This document shows positions 46,274-56,967 of a stretch of DNA of 64,000 bases, piece by piece. The DNA is from an uncultured Clostridia bacterium (GTDB lineage Bacteria; Bacillota; Clostridia; UMGS1810), in the NCBI GenBank assembly GCA_934463165.1, contig CAKSJG010000016.1:1-64000 (forward strand), in the 5' to 3' direction. Both the position numbers and the translations under genes were made by a program. Numbering within the stretch: position 1 is the stretch's first letter; every line of letters begins with the position of its first letter. The notes under the pieces are model-generated. The model was given only the letters and a program-made list of their open reading frames with translations. It was not told the origin of the DNA and did no database searches.

Positions 46274-48898
46274 TTGAAAAAAATAATAGCAATCACAATC
46301 TGCCTTTGCATGATATTTTCCGTGAATATTTCGTTTGCGGAATCGGGCGGCAATGCTGAATATGACGGCGCTTTTGGGCTGCTTTCCGGTCTCGGAATCG
46401 TAACCGGGTATCCGGACGGAAGCTTTCACGGCGAGTATAATATCACAAGGGCGGAGTTCGCGGCTCTTATCTGCCGCTTAAACGGCGCGGAAGAAGCGGC
46501 AAAAAATTACGGAGGTCAAAACCGATTCAGCGATATCTCGGCGGATGACTGGTATGTCGGTTATGCCAACTATGCCGCAGGCGCCGGCTTCATGGTAGGC
46601 TACGGCGAAAATATCTTCGGCGGCTCCGATAACGTGACGTATAACCAGGCAATAAAGACGGTTGTCTGCCTGCTCGGTTACGGCAGCGCCGCAGAGCAGA
46701 GCGGCGGATATCCGAACGGTTATCTCACTCTTGCAAAGAATTTAAAGATACTTAAAAATGTTAAAACAGGAGATAACGAGGCATTAAGAGGAGACGTTGC
46801 GATTCTCATTGCAAACAGCCTTTCGGCTTATATTGCCGATGTTTCGTACGGTGATGAAAACAAGGTTGAAATCGGCACAAAAACTCTTGTCTCCGAGCTC
46901 GGCTACGATGTTTTCACAGGCGTTGCGGAAGCCGTTCCGGGCATAAGCTCTGATTCGGGCACGGATATATCCGCCGATGAAATAATGATCGGCGGCAAGG
47001 TATATAAAAATCTCATGGGAGACGCGTCTCATCTTTTCGGGCTCACGGTTGAATTTTATGTGGATTCCGACAGCTCAAAGTCAAGACCGCATATGGTATA
47101 TGCCTACGCAACAGACGGAGGCGGAATAACAATCGATGCCGATGATATCATATCTATAGCCTCGGGCAAGATAGAATACACCGAAAACGACAGAGACAAA
47201 ACCGCCGATATTTCAAACGCGAGAGTAATATATAACGGCAGACCGCTTATGACATCGGACATCGAGGGCAAAGACCTCACCCCGAAAAACGGCAGCGTTA
47301 CTCTTATCGACAGCGACAAAAGCGGCGGATATGAAATGGTTGTCATTTGGGAATATACCGATATCACGTTTAAAAGCATGTCGGATGACTGCATATACGG
47401 CAAATATCAAAGAAGCGTCAAGCTTCCCGAAAACAGCACGGAGACGAGCACGCTTATATACTGTAACAAAAATCTGATATCACGCGATGAATTAAAAACG
47501 GGAGATGTGCTGAGCGTTTATCCGAGCAAAGACGGCATGGCGCTCAGAATCATAGTTTCGCGCAGCAGCGCGGAGGGCAGATTTTCCGCATCGGATGACG
47601 ATTATTACTATCTTGACGGCAAGGATAAATATGAACTTTCGGACGCATACAAAGAGCTTGTCGAATCATCCGAAAAAAGAATAGACGCACCTGTTTTGGG
47701 TGACAATGTCCGCTTTTATCTTAACGCATACGGCAAAATTGCCGATTCCGAAATTCTTTCGGAGGACGGCGGCGGAGAGAAATACGGCTTTCTTGTTGCA
47801 ATAAGCGAGCCGAGCGGCATAAGCAGTGAGACGAGCTTTAAGATTTTAAATACCGACAATGAATACATAACCGTTAAAATTAAGGACGGCAAAAAAATAA
47901 AATTCGGCCGCAGTGAGTCGGGTTCATACAGCGTGACGAGGCTTTCGTCGGATGAAGTATATAACGCTTTGGACGGCGACGGAAAATTTTCTTCACTGCT
48001 TGTAAAGTATGACTGCAAAGACGACGCTTTAACGGAGCTTTATCTTTCAGACACTCTCGGTGAGATAAGCGTTTGGGATAAAAACAATACCACGTCCGAG
48101 AGAGGAACATATTCCGGAAAGCTGTTTATTGATAAGTATATTATCGATGATGAAACCTATGCTTTTTATGCTCCGACGAATGCAACCGAAGATGACTACA
48201 GGTCGGGCAATGCAATGAAGCTGATGACAAACGGAAGTACCTACAGAACAAGGATATACGACGTTAAAAACGGCCATGTCGGCTGTGTGGTAATAGCTCC
48301 GTCTCTTGCCGCATCAACGGGAAATAAATATGCAATAAGCCGCGCCAACGATCCGCTTATGCTTGTTACCGGCTTCGGAAGCATGAATGCATCCGACGGC
48401 AACGAATATAAATACATTCGCGGCTATGTAAACGGCGAGGAAAAGGATGTTTTGGTCCGCGATAATCTTGAAAATAACTCCGATGACTTTGCCGAGCTTA
48501 AAAACGGAATGGTCATTCAGTATAAGATGAACAGCGACGAAAAGAAGTATGCAAGCTTTGCCGATAATCCCGACTATATGATAATGTATAAAAAGGTTGC
48601 GGATCTTTCCGGTAATGTTTCGGATTCGATCCTCTGGAACGGCGAGGGTGTTGAAATGACAAATGCCGTTATGAGAACTCTCATCGGCACAATATCATAC
48701 ATTGACAGCGATAATGTGATAATCGATGTCGGCGGTGAGCAATATCCGATAGTGCTCACGGACTATGCAACCGTTCTGGAATACGACTCCGGCAAGAAAC
48801 AGACCGAAAAATCATCATCCGATGAGCTTGCCGAGGGCAAAAGGGTGTTTGTCCGTCAGCGTTATAACAACACACGCGAAATAATTGTTTTGAAATAG
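46274..48898 (+). CDS. SLH-domain cell-surface protein.
   Basis: TTG start after GAGGAGGA. Signal peptide. N-terminal SLH repeats (FSDISADDWYVGYANYAAGAGFMVGYGENIFGG...). Confidence 0.6.
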   Translation: MKKIIAITICLCMIFSVNISFAESGGNAEYDGAFGLLSGLGIVTGYPDGSFHGEYNITRAEFAALICRLNGAEEAAKNYGGQNRFSDISADDWYVGYANYAAGAGFMVGYGENIFGGSDNVTYNQAIKTVVCLLGYGSAAEQSGGYPNGYLTLAKNLKILKNVKTGDNEALRGDVAILIANSLSAYIADVSYGDENKVEIGTKTLVSELGYDVFTGVAEAVPGISSDSGTDISADEIMIGGKVYKNLMGDASHLFGLTVEFYVDSDSSKSRPHMVYAYATDGGGITIDADDIISIASGKIEYTENDRDKTADISNARVIYNGRPLMTSDIEGKDLTPKNGSVTLIDSDKSGGYEMVVIWEYTDITFKSMSDDCIYGKYQRSVKLPENSTETSTLIYCNKNLISRDELKTGDVLSVYPSKDGMALRIIVSRSSAEGRFSASDDDYYYLDGKDKYELSDAYKELVESSEKRIDAPVLGDNVRFYLNAYGKIADSEILSEDGGGEKYGFLVAISEPSGISSETSFKILNTDNEYITVKIKDGKKIKFGRSESGSYSVTRLSSDEVYNALDGDGKFSSLLVKYDCKDDALTELYLSDTLGEISVWDKNNTTSERGTYSGKLFIDKYIIDDETYAFYAPTNATEDDYRSGNAMKLMTNGSTYRTRIYDVKNGHVGCVVIAPSLAASTGNKYAISRANDPLMLVTGFGSMNASDGNEYKYIRGYVNGEEKDVLVRDNLENNSDDFAELKNGMVIQYKMNSDEKKYASFADNPDYMIMYKKVADLSGNVSDSILWNGEGVEMTNAVMRTLIGTISYIDSDNVIIDVGGEQYPIVLTDYATVLEYDSGKKQTEKSSSDELAEGKRVFVRQRYNNTREIIVLK

Positions 48899-48910
48899 GA
48901 GGGCGGAAAA

Positions 48911-51900
48911 ATGTTTAACAAAAAGCTTTATGCAAAATTGATTTCAATGTGTCTCTGTTTGTCCATGGCTCCGTTTTCCGTTTTATGCCATGCGCAGGAT
49001 AACGGCGGCTCCGATGCGCAAGGCGCATACGAACAGCAAGCCGCATTTGAATCATCGGCGGAAATATCCGATACGGAAGAATTTATAAATAACGAGAAAC
49101 AGGATTCCGATAATGAGATAATAACCCTTGCCGCAAGCGCGGTAGGCAATGCGGATATTAAAAACGAGGTGTATAAAAGCCTTGATTTTTCGGATGCGTC
49201 GGATGTCACCTTGAACGGCGGTGCGTCAATCGGCAAGGTTGCGGAAGAAAATCACAGAGCTGTGCTTGAGCTCCCCGAGGGCTCGGGCGCGTCACTGCTT
49301 TCGGATTTTGCCTCCGTCTCCGTATGGGACGGCGAGACGGCCGAAACCGATTGGTATGATGACGATAAATCTGAGTTTACGCTCACAAGAGCTTCGCAGC
49401 TTGCAGGCCTTGCGGTTTTGGTAAACAGGGGTATCACATTTAAAGGAAAAACCGTGCGTCTCGGCGCAGATATGGATTTTGACGGTAAGGAATGGACGCC
49501 GATCGGCTACGGACATATGACAAACTGGAAGCCGGATTCTGCAAATGTAAGCTTTTGCGGAGCGTTTGACGGCGGCTGGCATACGATAAAAAATGTGTAT
49601 ATCTCAAAAGAAAATTCCGCGTCGCTCGGTTTCTTCGGCTCAACGAGCAACGCAAGCATAAAAAATCTGATATTTAAGGATTTTAAAGCAGCCGTAAGGT
49701 TTACAACCAACAAGCAAAAACGTTCTCAGATTATAGGCGGCCTCACGGGTATTGCCGAGAGAACCGCAATTGAGAACTGCGCAATAATTGACTTTGAGCA
49801 TATCAACGTATCGTCAAAGGCAAATAATTTTTTGGGCTACGGTGAGGGCTCCGCGGGCGGTTTTTCAGGCTTTATGTACGGCGGAACGCTTAAAAATTCA
49901 TACGTAATCAACGCCCGTTTTGAATGTTCAAACGATGCATACAAAGCTCCGCTTTACGGCAGAGTTTCAAACACAACGACGACAAACTGCTACATAGGCG
50001 GAGAAATTCATCTCATAGACGGCAGGGGCGAAAACGATCAGCTTCCCTACGGTATGAGCGGAAATGACGGCTGTAAGTATAACGGAGTATATTCCACAAC
50101 GAAGCTTACAGAGGGTAAAAATTTAGAGGGGACGATTTATACAATAGTTGATGAAGATACCCTTAAAAATTCTCTTGTCGGAAACGGCCTGAAAGCACCT
50201 TTTGTAAATGATACCGAGGGAATAAACGGCGGATATCCTCACACGGATTTTTACAGATCTCTCGGCAAAAAGAACATATATGCCGAATTTCTGCCCGAAG
50301 AGGGAAGCGAATTCAGGCTCATTGCAAAAGATAAAAACGGCGCCGAATCAGCTTTCGTAACAATCGGTTCGGCAGAGGTGAATCCCGGCGAATGGAACAC
50401 GCTTTCTCTCCGTCTTGATTTCGGCACAAAGAGCATAAATTACAGCATAAACGGCGGCTCTTGGCATACGGCGGAAATCACGGGCGGCGAATATTCATCG
50501 CTCAAAATAGAATCCGCACGCGGAAAAACTCTTTTTGACAATATGACACTCGGCAACGATTATTATGATGAGCTCATATATGCCAAAAATGAAACCGACG
50601 CATATCTGGAATCGGCAAACCCCGAAAAATTTGAGGGCTTTGAGCTTCCGACAGAGATAAACGGCAGATCCGTAACATGGAAAAGCTCCGATACGGAAGC
50701 CGTATCCGATGACGGTATGACGGTTACAAAGCAGAGCTGGCCGCAGGATGTAACCCTCACCGCCGAGATAATCCTCAATTCATACGATATTATCCGAAAT
50801 GCGTCCGTCAGCATTGAATACAGCGTTGTCGTTCCGCCGGTTGATGGTCTTTCCGACAAAGAGAAAGCGGAGGCGATAGTAAATAAATATCTGACGGATA
50901 AAAAACTTTCGGACGAAAAACATGACTATATAACAAAAGACCTGAAAGCTCTTCCGACAAAGGTCGGTGACTGTACAATCGAATGGGCTTCGACAAATGA
51001 GGATTATGTATCAAATGACGGAAAGGTAACTCTTCCGTATGAAGATAACGAAAATCTCACAATGATTGCAACCGTAAAATGCGGCGGGGAGATCGCGGTA
51101 AAGGAATTTTCGCTCACGGTAATCAGCGTTGATAACCTCCTTGACGCGGCAAAAAGCGCGCTTGATTATAAGGATCTCACAAATGAGACAAACACGCAGA
51201 TAAAAAGCGACCTTATTCTTCCGAAGAACGGCCTTTACGGCACAAAGATTGAGTGGGCTTCGTCAAATATGTCTCTGATTGATTCCGACGGATTTGTAAC
51301 AAGATCCGACAGCAACGAGACCGTAACCGTAACGGCAATATTTACTCTTTTGGGCCGCAGCACCGAAAAGGACTTTTATTTTAACGTTATGCTTTCGGAC
51401 GCTGTAATGCTTGATGCAGACGTCAACGCATTTGTGTTTAACAAAACCGAGGCGGCCGAGAGCTTCACTCTTCCGGTTCTGTGTCCGCTTTATAAAACGG
51501 TAATAAAATGGTCGAGCGACAGCAGCGTGATTAATATAATCGGCGCCGACGCAACCGTAACACGCCCGTCATATAACGGCTCCGATGCAATTGTAACACT
51601 GACGGCAAGGTTTGTTCAGGGAACTGAAGAGACATCACGGACGTATTTGGTCCGCGTTCCGAGGATGAAAACAGACGAAGAGCTTGTTGATGACTGCCTT
51701 GCTTTTATCACCTGGAACGAGATAAACATCTGCCCGGATACCGATGTCCGCGAAAACTTCTCACTTCCGCTTGTATATGACGAGGGAGTTCGGTGCACAT
51801 GGGCATCGAGTGATGAATCAACCGTTACAAACGAAGGCATCGTAATCAGACCCGGCGTCGGAGAGGAAAACAAAACCTGCTCCCTTACGGTTACCGCGGT

Positions 51901-54097
51901 TAAAAACTCGGTTTCCAAAACAAAGAAGTTTGATTTCACGGTTTCCGCATTTGACGAACCCGATCAGGTTCTTGAAAAAGCGTCCGCAGAGCTTAATTTC
52001 GGAGTGCTGAGCAGTGAACCTATCAACCTTGTCACCAAAAATCTTAATCTGATGAAAGAATGGCGCTACGGCACAACCGTTGAGTGGACATCCTCAAACG
52101 AGAGCGTCATATCACCCGACGGAACGGTAACCCTCCCCGCATTCGGCAGCGGAGAGAGCGAGGTGACCCTGACCGCAAAAATCATATACGGCACAGCTGG
52201 CATAACAAAGAAATTCTCCGTCGGCGTTGCCGAGGAGGGCGGCAAGGTTTCGGCTCTTTACCGCGACTTTGAAGCGGATGAATACGGGGCTGTTAAGGGC
52301 AGTGAATTTGAATATTATGAACCGTATCAATACTTCACGGTAGTCGATAATCCGAATCCGTCGGAGAAAAACAACAGCACAAAGGTTGCAATGTATAAGC
52401 GCGAGGGCGGCGATAACGGTGCAAGCCGATATGAGCTTTTCCTGTATCCTACGGAAGAGAGAGGTTCATTTGACCTGAGCTTTGACCTTTATGTTGAATC
52501 CATGCCGCAATACGGCATGCTTTTCAGAACATATTCCAATCAGGCATTTGCCGATTCAATTATGCCGAACGGTTCTGTTTTATTGAGAGATTTAAACTGG
52601 AGTACAAGCACAAAAAACAATATGATAACGCCCGGAAAATGGTATAACATAAAAATCAGCTATGATACCATAAAGGAAGTTCAGAATTTATATGTTGACG
52701 GTGTGTCTGTTTTTGGTGAAAAGCAGTTCATCAGTCTTGCCGATTCAACCGGCAGGGCATACAAATTAGCTTTCAGGTTTGACGGCAGCGATCTTGAAAA
52801 AGACCATGTTGTATATTTGGATAATATTTCGATTGAGAGAACGGTTAACTATTCCGAATTTTTAACCGCGGCATATGAACAGTTTGAACGCAAGTTTATT
52901 GCTTCGCAAAACATAAGCGCCGTAAGCGGCGATCTCATCATACCGAATGTTTCGGTATTTGAAACAGATATAACATGCAAAAGCTCAAATCCCGATATCG
53001 TATCTGACGACGGAAAGGTAACTCTTCCCGATAAGGATACGGAGGTAACATTTACGGTTACGTTCTCCAACCGCTGGGGCGGCAAAAAGACGAGAGTCTT
53101 TAACCTACTTGTCAAAAAAGACGGCTCGGCCGAACCCATAGATCCCGACACGGAGGACGCAAAGAGCGTAATTGCAGATATGGCATATGCCGAAAAATAT
53201 CTTAAAGAAAATAACATCATAAACGGCATAACAGCTGATGTTAAGCTCCCGTATGAGGGCGAAAACGGCTCAAAAATCACGTGGACATCGTCAGATACGG
53301 ATGTTATATCAAATACGGGAAGCGTAACAAGACAAAAAAACGATACCGACGTTAAGCTTACGGGAATAATCTCCAAAGGCTCGATTTCCGAAAGACTCGT
53401 CATTACGCTCACCGTAAAAGCAAAGGCAAGAGTTAACGAAGAAAAAGGCTCGGGCGGCGGCAAATCATCCGGCATCTCCGGTATCGGCGGAGGATCTCTT
53501 CCCGAAAATAACGTAAAAACGGATGAAAATAAAAATACCGATCCCGAAGAAAAGCCTTTGTATAACGATATTTCCGAAAGCCACTGGGCATATAACGCCG
53601 TGCGTAACCTCACGAAAAAAAAGATCATAAGCGGCGATGATAACGGCAATTTCCTCCCCGAAAATGAAATCAAAAGAGTGGAATTTACAAAGCTTATCGT
53701 AGCTCTTGCAGGCTTTGATACATCGGCTTCAAATGATGCTTTCACAGATGTTGATCCGCAATCCTGGTATGCTCCGTTTGTTAACACGGCATTTAAAGAG
53801 GGGATCATAAAAGGCATGGCAGACGGCAGCTTCGGAGTTGGCATGCCGATCACAAGAGAAGATATGTGCGTAATCATATATAATCTTCTGAAGAAAAACG
53901 GCGATATTGCTGAAGCGACGGGAGTAAAGTTTGCCGATGAAGACGATATTTCGGATTATGCAAAAGAGGCGATATCCGCGCTCGGCGGTATCGGCGCAGT
54001 AAAGGGAAAAGATAACAACATGTTTGCACCTAAGGCTCATGCAACCAGGGCAGAAGCTGCACAGATTATATATAATATTGTGCATTTAAACGGTTAA
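48911..54097 (+). CDS. Giant (1728 aa) surface protein: N-terminal beta-helix/GLUG-like module, about nine tandem Ig-like repeats, three C-terminal SLH domains.
   Basis: AGGAGGG RBS. Signal peptide. Repeats of the type 'W.SS....VS.DG.VT.P......VTLTA.I'. C-terminal SLH motifs (YNDISESHWAYNAVRNL..., FTDVDPQSWYAPFVN...). Confidence 0.65.
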   Translation: MFNKKLYAKLISMCLCLSMAPFSVLCHAQDNGGSDAQGAYEQQAAFESSAEISDTEEFINNEKQDSDNEIITLAASAVGNADIKNEVYKSLDFSDASDVTLNGGASIGKVAEENHRAVLELPEGSGASLLSDFASVSVWDGETAETDWYDDDKSEFTLTRASQLAGLAVLVNRGITFKGKTVRLGADMDFDGKEWTPIGYGHMTNWKPDSANVSFCGAFDGGWHTIKNVYISKENSASLGFFGSTSNASIKNLIFKDFKAAVRFTTNKQKRSQIIGGLTGIAERTAIENCAIIDFEHINVSSKANNFLGYGEGSAGGFSGFMYGGTLKNSYVINARFECSNDAYKAPLYGRVSNTTTTNCYIGGEIHLIDGRGENDQLPYGMSGNDGCKYNGVYSTTKLTEGKNLEGTIYTIVDEDTLKNSLVGNGLKAPFVNDTEGINGGYPHTDFYRSLGKKNIYAEFLPEEGSEFRLIAKDKNGAESAFVTIGSAEVNPGEWNTLSLRLDFGTKSINYSINGGSWHTAEITGGEYSSLKIESARGKTLFDNMTLGNDYYDELIYAKNETDAYLESANPEKFEGFELPTEINGRSVTWKSSDTEAVSDDGMTVTKQSWPQDVTLTAEIILNSYDIIRNASVSIEYSVVVPPVDGLSDKEKAEAIVNKYLTDKKLSDEKHDYITKDLKALPTKVGDCTIEWASTNEDYVSNDGKVTLPYEDNENLTMIATVKCGGEIAVKEFSLTVISVDNLLDAAKSALDYKDLTNETNTQIKSDLILPKNGLYGTKIEWASSNMSLIDSDGFVTRSDSNETVTVTAIFTLLGRSTEKDFYFNVMLSDAVMLDADVNAFVFNKTEAAESFTLPVLCPLYKTVIKWSSDSSVINIIGADATVTRPSYNGSDAIVTLTARFVQGTEETSRTYLVRVPRMKTDEELVDDCLAFITWNEINICPDTDVRENFSLPLVYDEGVRCTWASSDESTVTNEGIVIRPGVGEENKTCSLTVTAVKNSVSKTKKFDFTVSAFDEPDQVLEKASAELNFGVLSSEPINLVTKNLNLMKEWRYGTTVEWTSSNESVISPDGTVTLPAFGSGESEVTLTAKIIYGTAGITKKFSVGVAEEGGKVSALYRDFEADEYGAVKGSEFEYYEPYQYFTVVDNPNPSEKNNSTKVAMYKREGGDNGASRYELFLYPTEERGSFDLSFDLYVESMPQYGMLFRTYSNQAFADSIMPNGSVLLRDLNWSTSTKNNMITPGKWYNIKISYDTIKEVQNLYVDGVSVFGEKQFISLADSTGRAYKLAFRFDGSDLEKDHVVYLDNISIERTVNYSEFLTAAYEQFERKFIASQNISAVSGDLIIPNVSVFETDITCKSSNPDIVSDDGKVTLPDKDTEVTFTVTFSNRWGGKKTRVFNLLVKKDGSAEPIDPDTEDAKSVIADMAYAEKYLKENNIINGITADVKLPYEGENGSKITWTSSDTDVISNTGSVTRQKNDTDVKLTGIISKGSISERLVITLTVKAKARVNEEKGSGGGKSSGISGIGGGSLPENNVKTDENKNTDPEEKPLYNDISESHWAYNAVRNLTKKKIISGDDNGNFLPENEIKRVEFTKLIVALAGFDTSASNDAFTDVDPQSWYAPFVNTAFKEGIIKGMADGSFGVGMPITREDMCVIIYNLLKKNGDIAEATGVKFADEDDISDYAKEAISALGGIGAVKGKDNNMFAPKAHATRAEAAQIIYNIVHLNG

Positions 54098-54166
54098 TAT
54101 GACGCGCGCGTCTTAAAAACCGACGCGCCCCGTTTATATTAAAATATAAATCACGGAGGTAATTTT

Positions 54167-56860
54167 ATGAGGAAAGTTAGTATTTTATTGGTTCTTGCAA
54201 TGCTTTCGGCCATGCTTTGCGTTTCTCCGCTGTCTGTTTTTGCAGAAGACGCCGGTGCGTGGGACGGCAGCATTGCGGAAGGCTTTGCCGGCGGCAGCGG
54301 CACGGAGGCAGATCCGTATCTGATATCAGATGGCTCGCAGCTTGCGTATCTGGCAAAGACGGTAAATGATGGGGAATCCTATTTCGGCACAAGTTCACAA
54401 ACGAGGAAATATTTTAAGCTTACATCGGATATTGACCTCGGCAATCTTGAGTGGACTCCGATAGGCAAAGGTCTGGCATACGGCACATACGATAACCCCG
54501 TAAATCCGTTCAGTGGTATTTTCGACGGCGACGGTCATGTTATCTCAAACGTAAAGATAACGCAGCTCGGCAGTCATTCGCTCGGCCTTTTCGGTGGCGT
54601 TAAAAATGCAAATATAAAAAATGTCGGTATAGACGGCATGACCGTAGAAATATCAAACGTAACGGACAGCTCAAAGCGTATCAACGATATCGGCGGAATT
54701 GTCGGTTTTCTTCACGGCACCGTATCGGGCTGCTTCGTAAAAAACATCAGCATTAAAAACATCAATTACGGCTGCTCGGAGGGGTATGTCGGAGGTATAG
54801 CGGGTTCTGTTAATTCATGGTCAAGTATTTATGACAGCTATGTTGACGGTATGAAATGGAGCGGATCGTATAATTCAATGATGGGCGGCATCACGGCAGT
54901 TTGCAGATCCGATAACAACAATATAGCCCGTACATACACAAAAAATATAAGCATAGACCGCCCCGCAAAATCTTACAATGATAACTATGCAAACAGATAT
55001 TTTAACATGTTTTGTTACACCCCTGATAAAGTAACCGCAGCAAAATGTTATTATACGGATTTTGCCTTTGCATCCGAAAAAAACGGCGGAGAATATAAAA
55101 CACCGGGTGAATTTGCCGCAGGCGGCGCAGCTTTGCTCGGCAGCGCTTTTTCGGCAGATGAAAACGGCGGCGCTCCGGTTCTTGGTTGGCAGGCAAAAAA
55201 AGAAGTCTGGGACGGCAGCATTGCGGAAGGCTTTGCCGGCGGCACAGGCGCAGCTGACGATCCGTATCTGATATCAGACGGCTCGCAGCTTGCATATCTT
55301 GCACAAAGAGTAAACGGCGGTGAAAACTTCGGCGATGAAAACGGGGCGAACGTGAATTACTTTAAGCTTACGGCGGACATTGATTTGGGCAATGCTGCGT
55401 GGACACCTATAGGAAGCGTATGGCTTAATCTTGACAATGACGGTTATGCTCAGGGCAACGGTTATACGGACGGTACCGAAAAACCGTTTGGCGGCATTTT
55501 TGACGGAGACGGTCACGTTATTAAAAATCTTAAATTTACCGGAAAAGATTTCTCCGGTAATCAGTTAAAAGGAACTGCCGGCCTTTTCGGATATATAAAG
55601 AGCAGTTGGGAAGGCGGCTACAAATCAACCGGAGGTGTTATTAAAAATCTCGGTGTGGAGAATGTAAAGTTTGAATATACAAATTCAAAGATCAATTATC
55701 ATACAGATAGTGTGGGTGGAATTGTCGGAGCATCTTACTGCGGAAGAATAAGCGGTTGCTTTGTAAAGAATGTATCAAAAACTTTAATGAGTGGTAATAC
55801 CGGCGCATATTTCGGCGGAATTCTGGGAATTGCATTAAGAAGCACAAGCTGGATTGATAATTCCTATGTAAACGGCTACAGCACCGACAACAAATGGTCT
55901 GTAGGAAGCGGCGGTATGATAGGCGGAATAGGTGTCGGCAGGGAAGCGTACGTGTCCGGATGCTATGTCAGCAATATAAGTTTTAACGGTGCAAGTGCTG
56001 TTTGGGGCTATGATACATGCGTTTCCACATGGGCCAACTCTGCAAAGGGAGCATTTAATGCTTCAAACAGCTATTATTCTGATTGCACACCGTCAGGCAC
56101 TGCAGATAATGTAAAAGCCTTTGTAAAAGCCGAAAGTGCGGATCTCAAGGCAATGACAAACGTAACCCTCGGCGGTATGGTTTGCGATACAAAAAATGTT
56201 AACGGCGGATACCCGTGCTTTGCCTGGGAGCTTGCAAAAGCGCCCGCAGAGGCCGATGCCGATGCAATCAACAAAGCATATGCGGATGAATATGCAGACG
56301 GTATTATCCTTGCGTATATCACAAAAAAAGGCGACGGAACCGTAAAATCAGACCTTATCTTTGCCCCGGCGGAAACTTATAATGTAACATATACATTTGA
56401 CAACACCTCTGTTCTGGCAGATGTAAGCAAAGATTCCAACGGTCTTTACACATCAAAGCTTACCCGTCCATCGGGTGAAGGCACAACAGACGTTAAAATC
56501 ACTGCGTCCGTAACGGTAGGCACGCAGACATCTTCAAAAGAATTTACCATTGCTGTTGAAAACAGAGCCGACGCATACGAAATAAACAGGGTTTTCTGGC
56601 TTGATGAGAACAACAGTATTTCGGATGTCTTAACTGCGGACAGCATAAAAGCAGTTGTTGAGTCGGATTCCGCGTCGGATAAGCAGGATGCATCTGTTTA
56701 CCTTGCACTGTACAATGCCGACGGCAGCCTTGAAAAGGTTTTAAGCGACGATTATGCCGATGACATAACATTCGACATTGAAAATGCAGGTACCGCTCGG
56801 ACATTTAAGGCATTCATCTGGACAAAAGCAGATATCAAACCGCTTGCCAAAGCATATTGA
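54167..56860 (+). CDS. Secreted protein with two tandem beta-helix (GLUG-motif/IgA-protease-like) modules.
   Basis: Signal peptide. Duplicated 'WDGSIAEGFAGG.G...DPYLISDGSQLAYLA..VN.G......YFKLT.DIDLGN..WTPIG' module. The second copy begins near residue 345. Confidence 0.6.
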   Translation: MRKVSILLVLAMLSAMLCVSPLSVFAEDAGAWDGSIAEGFAGGSGTEADPYLISDGSQLAYLAKTVNDGESYFGTSSQTRKYFKLTSDIDLGNLEWTPIGKGLAYGTYDNPVNPFSGIFDGDGHVISNVKITQLGSHSLGLFGGVKNANIKNVGIDGMTVEISNVTDSSKRINDIGGIVGFLHGTVSGCFVKNISIKNINYGCSEGYVGGIAGSVNSWSSIYDSYVDGMKWSGSYNSMMGGITAVCRSDNNNIARTYTKNISIDRPAKSYNDNYANRYFNMFCYTPDKVTAAKCYYTDFAFASEKNGGEYKTPGEFAAGGAALLGSAFSADENGGAPVLGWQAKKEVWDGSIAEGFAGGTGAADDPYLISDGSQLAYLAQRVNGGENFGDENGANVNYFKLTADIDLGNAAWTPIGSVWLNLDNDGYAQGNGYTDGTEKPFGGIFDGDGHVIKNLKFTGKDFSGNQLKGTAGLFGYIKSSWEGGYKSTGGVIKNLGVENVKFEYTNSKINYHTDSVGGIVGASYCGRISGCFVKNVSKTLMSGNTGAYFGGILGIALRSTSWIDNSYVNGYSTDNKWSVGSGGMIGGIGVGREAYVSGCYVSNISFNGASAVWGYDTCVSTWANSAKGAFNASNSYYSDCTPSGTADNVKAFVKAESADLKAMTNVTLGGMVCDTKNVNGGYPCFAWELAKAPAEADADAINKAYADEYADGIILAYITKKGDGTVKSDLIFAPAETYNVTYTFDNTSVLADVSKDSNGLYTSKLTRPSGEGTTDVKITASVTVGTQTSSKEFTIAVENRADAYEINRVFWLDENNSISDVLTADSIKAVVESDSASDKQDASVYLALYNADGSLEKVLSDDYADDITFDIENAGTARTFKAFIWTKADIKPLAKAY

Positions 56861-56889
56861 TTAAATATTCTGACATTATAGTTTAAAGC

Positions 56890-56938
56890 GGTAAAAACAA
56901 AACGGACTGTAAATTCAATATGTTTTTACAGTCCGTTT
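56890..56938 (+). terminator. Rho-independent terminator: 15-bp perfect stem AAAACGGACTGTAAA/TTTACAGTCCGTTTT plus a T-run.
   Basis: 29 nt downstream of the stop at 56860. Overlaps the annotated 5' end of the next ORF-track ORF. Confidence 0.7.
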
Positions 56939-56967
56939 TTATAGTTGATACAAGGGAGGTAATTAAA

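Noticed and set aside
52849-53877. 342-aa minus-strand ORF
   Set aside because: Antisense to the 1728-aa surface-protein gene. The Ser/Leu/Phe-rich translation is typical of a shadow frame.
56920-56967. Annotated ATG start (56920) of the GH88/105-like ORF
   Set aside because: That ATG lies inside the loop of a 15-bp-stem terminator hairpin and upstream of the only RBS (GGGAGG 56954-56959). The true start is probably downstream, at ATT 56968 or ATG 57001.
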